Source: Thermotogota bacterium
GTDB taxonomy: Bacteria > Thermotogota > Thermotogae > Petrotogales > Petrotogaceae
Direction: 5' to 3'
Assembly (NCBI GenBank): GCA_051748045.1
Contig: JBNJGY010000042.1
Location: forward strand, 1-18,605
DNA length: 18,605 nt
Shown: piece after piece, positions 15,784 to 18,605 of the stretch
How the letters are laid out: each line of letters starts with the position of its first letter
Numbering within the stretch: position 1 is the stretch's first letter
Position numbers and translations under genes: made by a program
Notes under the pieces: generated by a model
The model's database searches: none
What the model was told of the DNA's origin: nothing
Seen by the model: only the letters and a program-made list of their open reading frames with translations

Positions 15784-15800
15784 ATAGAGGAGGAATAAGA

Positions 15801-17228
15801 ATGAATGTGACTTTTTCAAATTTCATTGAAAGTAAAGAATCATTAGTAAAAAAATTGGTTCAAAAACTTTCAACAGATTATGATTATGTATCTGTACTAT
15901 GCTCTGATACTGAAAATAAAAGTTATGATGTATCAGAAAAATCTACAAATATTTCAAATTCTATGTGGGAGGAAAGGGGTTTTGTGGTCAGAGTTTATAA
16001 CAATAATCTCTATACAGAATATTCTTTTAACACTCTAAAAGAAGAGGACTTAGAACAATTAATTAGGGAAATTAAAGATGAGGTAGAAAATACTCCAGAA
16101 CTATTAAAAAAACAGGTGAAAATTAGTGATTACCCTCTAATCACAGAAGAAAAAATTGAAGATGAATTTTACGGTGAAATAGTTAGTCACCCAAAAGACA
16201 TCTCTTCACAAGAAATAATAAACAGACTAAACAGAATAAAAGAGAAAGGCATGATTTTATCTAAAAAATTAATTGATTTAAGAGTAAGGTTTGAATGGGC
16301 ACATGTATCAAAAATGTTTATTTCAAACAAAAAATCACTAAAACAATCATATGTTTGGAGTCAAGGTTATATTATCCCTATAATGAAAAGTGAAGAAAAT
16401 ATAAAATACACATTCAAAGCTTTTTCAGGATTAAAAGGTACTGAATTAATTACAGAAATGCTTGAAAACATAAGTGAATCAGTATCACACACTGAAGAAA
16501 TTTTAGATACAAAAAGGGTAAATCCCGGTGAATACGATATTATATGCACTCCAGATATAGCAGGTTTAATCGCCCATGAAGCTTTTGGTCATGGGGTAGA
16601 AATGGACATGTTTGTTAAAGAAAGGGCAAAAGCAGTAGAGTATATAGACAAACCTGTAGCTTCTCAAATAGTAAATATGCATGATGGCGCTACATCTGCT
16701 AATCATGTATCTAGCTATTTATTTGATGACGAAGGCATTATGGGAAAAGACACGAAAATAATTGAAGACGGAATATTAAAAAGAGGAATATCAGATACAT
16801 TATCTGCTTTAAGACTTGGTGAAACTCCTACAGGAAATGGAAAAAGACAAAGCTATAAAAGAAAAGCATATTCAAGAATGACAAACACATTTTTTTCTGA
16901 GGGAAAAGATGATTTAGAAGACATGATTAAATCAATAGAGCACGGATATTTATTACTTGATGAAATGAGTGGAATGGAAGATCCTAAAAATTGGGGAATT
17001 CAATGTATGGTATTATCCGCAAGAGAAATAAAAGATGGTAAATTAACTGATAACTTTTTCTCGCCTATAGTTTTAACTGGTTATGTACCCGATGTTTTGA
17101 AAAACATCAGTATGATATCAAAAAATATTGAATTAACGGGATCTGGTGCTTGTGGAAAAGGTTATAAAGAGTTTGTTAAAGTAAGCGCTGGTGGCCCTTA
17201 TATTAAAACGAAAGCGAGGTTAGGTTGA
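15801..17228 (+). CDS. tldD: TldD-family metalloprotease, catalytic subunit
   Basis: Start moved to ATG 15801 (RBS GAGGAGG). HEAFGH zinc motif at 16575-16592, FDDEG, GNGKRQSY, RMTNTF, and C-terminal GACGKG...VSAGGP with the Cys ligand. Confidence 0.9.
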   Translation: MNVTFSNFIESKESLVKKLVQKLSTDYDYVSVLCSDTENKSYDVSEKSTNISNSMWEERGFVVRVYNNNLYTEYSFNTLKEEDLEQLIREIKDEVENTPELLKKQVKISDYPLITEEKIEDEFYGEIVSHPKDISSQEIINRLNRIKEKGMILSKKLIDLRVRFEWAHVSKMFISNKKSLKQSYVWSQGYIIPIMKSEENIKYTFKAFSGLKGTELITEMLENISESVSHTEEILDTKRVNPGEYDIICTPDIAGLIAHEAFGHGVEMDMFVKERAKAVEYIDKPVASQIVNMHDGATSANHVSSYLFDDEGIMGKDTKIIEDGILKRGISDTLSALRLGETPTGNGKRQSYKRKAYSRMTNTFFSEGKDDLEDMIKSIEHGYLLLDEMSGMEDPKNWGIQCMVLSAREIKDGKLTDNFFSPIVLTGYVPDVLKNISMISKNIELTGSGACGKGYKEFVKVSAGGPYIKTKARLG

Positions 17229-17230
17229 TT

Positions 17231-18532
17231 ATGTTTATAAATCTAAAAAAAATATTAGAAAAAAACGTTAATATAGATGCCTGGAAAATCGTTGAAAAAA
17301 ATATTACAGCAAATGAATTATTTTTTATTAAAAAAGAATTAGATATGAATAGAAAAGTAAAAACAACAGAACTTGAACTCCATGTTTACAAGGATTTTGA
17401 AGAAGATGGTAAAGTTTACAGAGGTAGCTCAAAAGCATCTATACATCCAGGAATGAGCGAATCAGATGTTGAAAAAATAATAAATGAGACCTTAGAGTCT
17501 GCAAAATATGTAAAAAACCCATACTACCCTTTAGCCAAAAATCCTGAAAGGGCTGAATATAACATCAGTAACTTTGATAACAAAAAAATGAAAGAATGGC
17601 TTCCGATTCTTACTGAAGAAATCTTTAGAGACAATGAACATGATAATGGATGGCTTAATTCATCAGAATTATTTTTAAATAAAATAGAAAAAAGAATAAT
17701 AAATTCAGAAGGTGTAAATTCAAAGTACATAACTTACACAGGTATTTTAGAATTTGTTATAACCTGGAAAGGTGAAGAAGAAATTGAAATACATGATATG
17801 ATTCACTTTTCTGATTATGAAAAAGATTTTATAGCAAATAAAATAAAAGAAAAGTTTATAATAGCCAAAGAAAGAGCTAATGCTCAAAAAACACCAAAAT
17901 TAGAAAATATAGATGTTTTATTAACTGGATCACCTATAAAAGAATTATTTAATTATTATTATCATAAAACAAACACAGCAAATATATATCAAAATCTTTC
18001 TGATTACAAAATAAATGATTCTATCCAGGGGAATAAAATAAAAGGTGATAAATTGAACATAACTCTTGACCCTTTCATGAAAAACTCAACTAGTTCTGCT
18101 CCAATAGATAACGATGGTTTTCTTTTACAAAAAATAGATTTAGTTAAAGATGGAGTTTTAAATAAATATTGGGGAGATGTTAGATTCTCTTATTATTTAG
18201 ATATAGAACCAACTGGAAACATGTCAAATATAGAAATAGCACCTGGAGATTATAGCGAAAAAGAACTAAAAAAGAATGAATATCTAGAATTAATTCAATT
18301 CTCAGATTTTCAAATAGATTATATAACAGGAGATTTTGGTGGAGAAATAAGATTAGGATGGTATTATGATGGAAATGGAAACAAAATATCCGTCTCTGGT
18401 GGGTCAATATCAGGAAATATTAAAGATACACAAGACGAAATGTATTTATCAAAAGAAACTCAACAAATAAATAATTTTAAAGGTCCCAAAACAATAAAAC
18501 TCAAAAAAGTTAATATAAACGGTATTATTTAA
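17231..18532 (+). CDS. pmbA: TldE/PmbA-family partner subunit
   Basis: ATG 2 nt after the tldD stop (RBS GAGGT). IDNDGF, LVKDGVL, PTGN, TGDFGGEIRLG and GGSISGN motifs, with no HExxH. Confidence 0.8.
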   Translation: MFINLKKILEKNVNIDAWKIVEKNITANELFFIKKELDMNRKVKTTELELHVYKDFEEDGKVYRGSSKASIHPGMSESDVEKIINETLESAKYVKNPYYPLAKNPERAEYNISNFDNKKMKEWLPILTEEIFRDNEHDNGWLNSSELFLNKIEKRIINSEGVNSKYITYTGILEFVITWKGEEEIEIHDMIHFSDYEKDFIANKIKEKFIIAKERANAQKTPKLENIDVLLTGSPIKELFNYYYHKTNTANIYQNLSDYKINDSIQGNKIKGDKLNITLDPFMKNSTSSAPIDNDGFLLQKIDLVKDGVLNKYWGDVRFSYYLDIEPTGNMSNIEIAPGDYSEKELKKNEYLELIQFSDFQIDYITGDFGGEIRLGWYYDGNGNKISVSGGSISGNIKDTQDEMYLSKETQQINNFKGPKTIKLKKVNINGII

Positions 18533-18542
18533 CCATTTTATC

Positions 18543-18572
18543 AAAAGCCCTTTTTTAAAAAGGGCTTTTTTT
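18543..18572 (+). terminator. Intrinsic terminator after tldE/pmbA
   Basis: AAAAGCCCTTTTT-T-AAAAAGGGCTTTT inverted repeat continuing into a T-run, 10 nt after the stop; probably usable in both directions. Confidence 0.88.
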
Positions 18573-18605
18573 AATAAATTTATAATTAACTTATCACTTG
18601 ATTAA

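Noticed and set aside
5753-18407. Other short antisense ORFs (5753-5941, 6742-7002, 8496-8702, 10956-11150, 11175-11435, 12973-13203, 16367-16549, 17524-17730, 18180-18407), considered as small proteins or RiPP precursors
   Set aside because: All lie wholly within confident CDSs on the opposite strand, and none shows a convincing RBS or leader/core pattern.
1-18605. CRISPR array, IS/transposase, integrase, prophage, defence system, tRNA/rRNA
   Set aside because: No regularly spaced repeats, no recombinase or nuclease motifs, and no GC-rich structured RNA other than the TPP riboswitch. The inverted repeats have unrelated sequences and sit at gene ends, as expected for terminators rather than a repeat family.

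Overview
A very AT-rich, gene-dense stretch of bacterial chromosome with no rRNA, tRNA, CRISPR array or mobile element that I can see. The non-lipoprotein signal peptides ending in ...VSFS/...FVFS, the low GC and the gene content suggest a mesophilic Thermotogota (Petrotogaceae-like) anaerobe; this taxonomy is inference only. From left to right the window holds: the 3' part of a SAM-methyltransferase-like gene; a TPP-riboswitch-controlled thiB-thiP thiamine ABC module with no ATPase gene; a secreted M28 peptidase; a divergent four-gene run (amidohydrolase_2, Gfo/Idh/MocA oxidoreductase, MerR-Zn-ribbon-methyltransferase-like fusion, and a ~593 aa unannotated protein); a convergent beta-phosphoglucomutase; an HxxxDG acyltransferase plus Zn-ribbon membrane protein (DUF6320-like) pair; an H2O-forming-type NADH oxidase; a PAS-PAS hybrid histidine kinase; and a tldD-tldE/pmbA pair. 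The best candidate for an undescribed system is the ~593 aa protein, which carries the four GT-A core motifs in order (DxD, G-loop, xED, C-terminal His) and sits among sugar redox and beta-glucose-1-phosphate enzymes. The acyltransferase/membrane-partner pair is the second candidate. All family calls come from reading motifs by eye, not from database searches.
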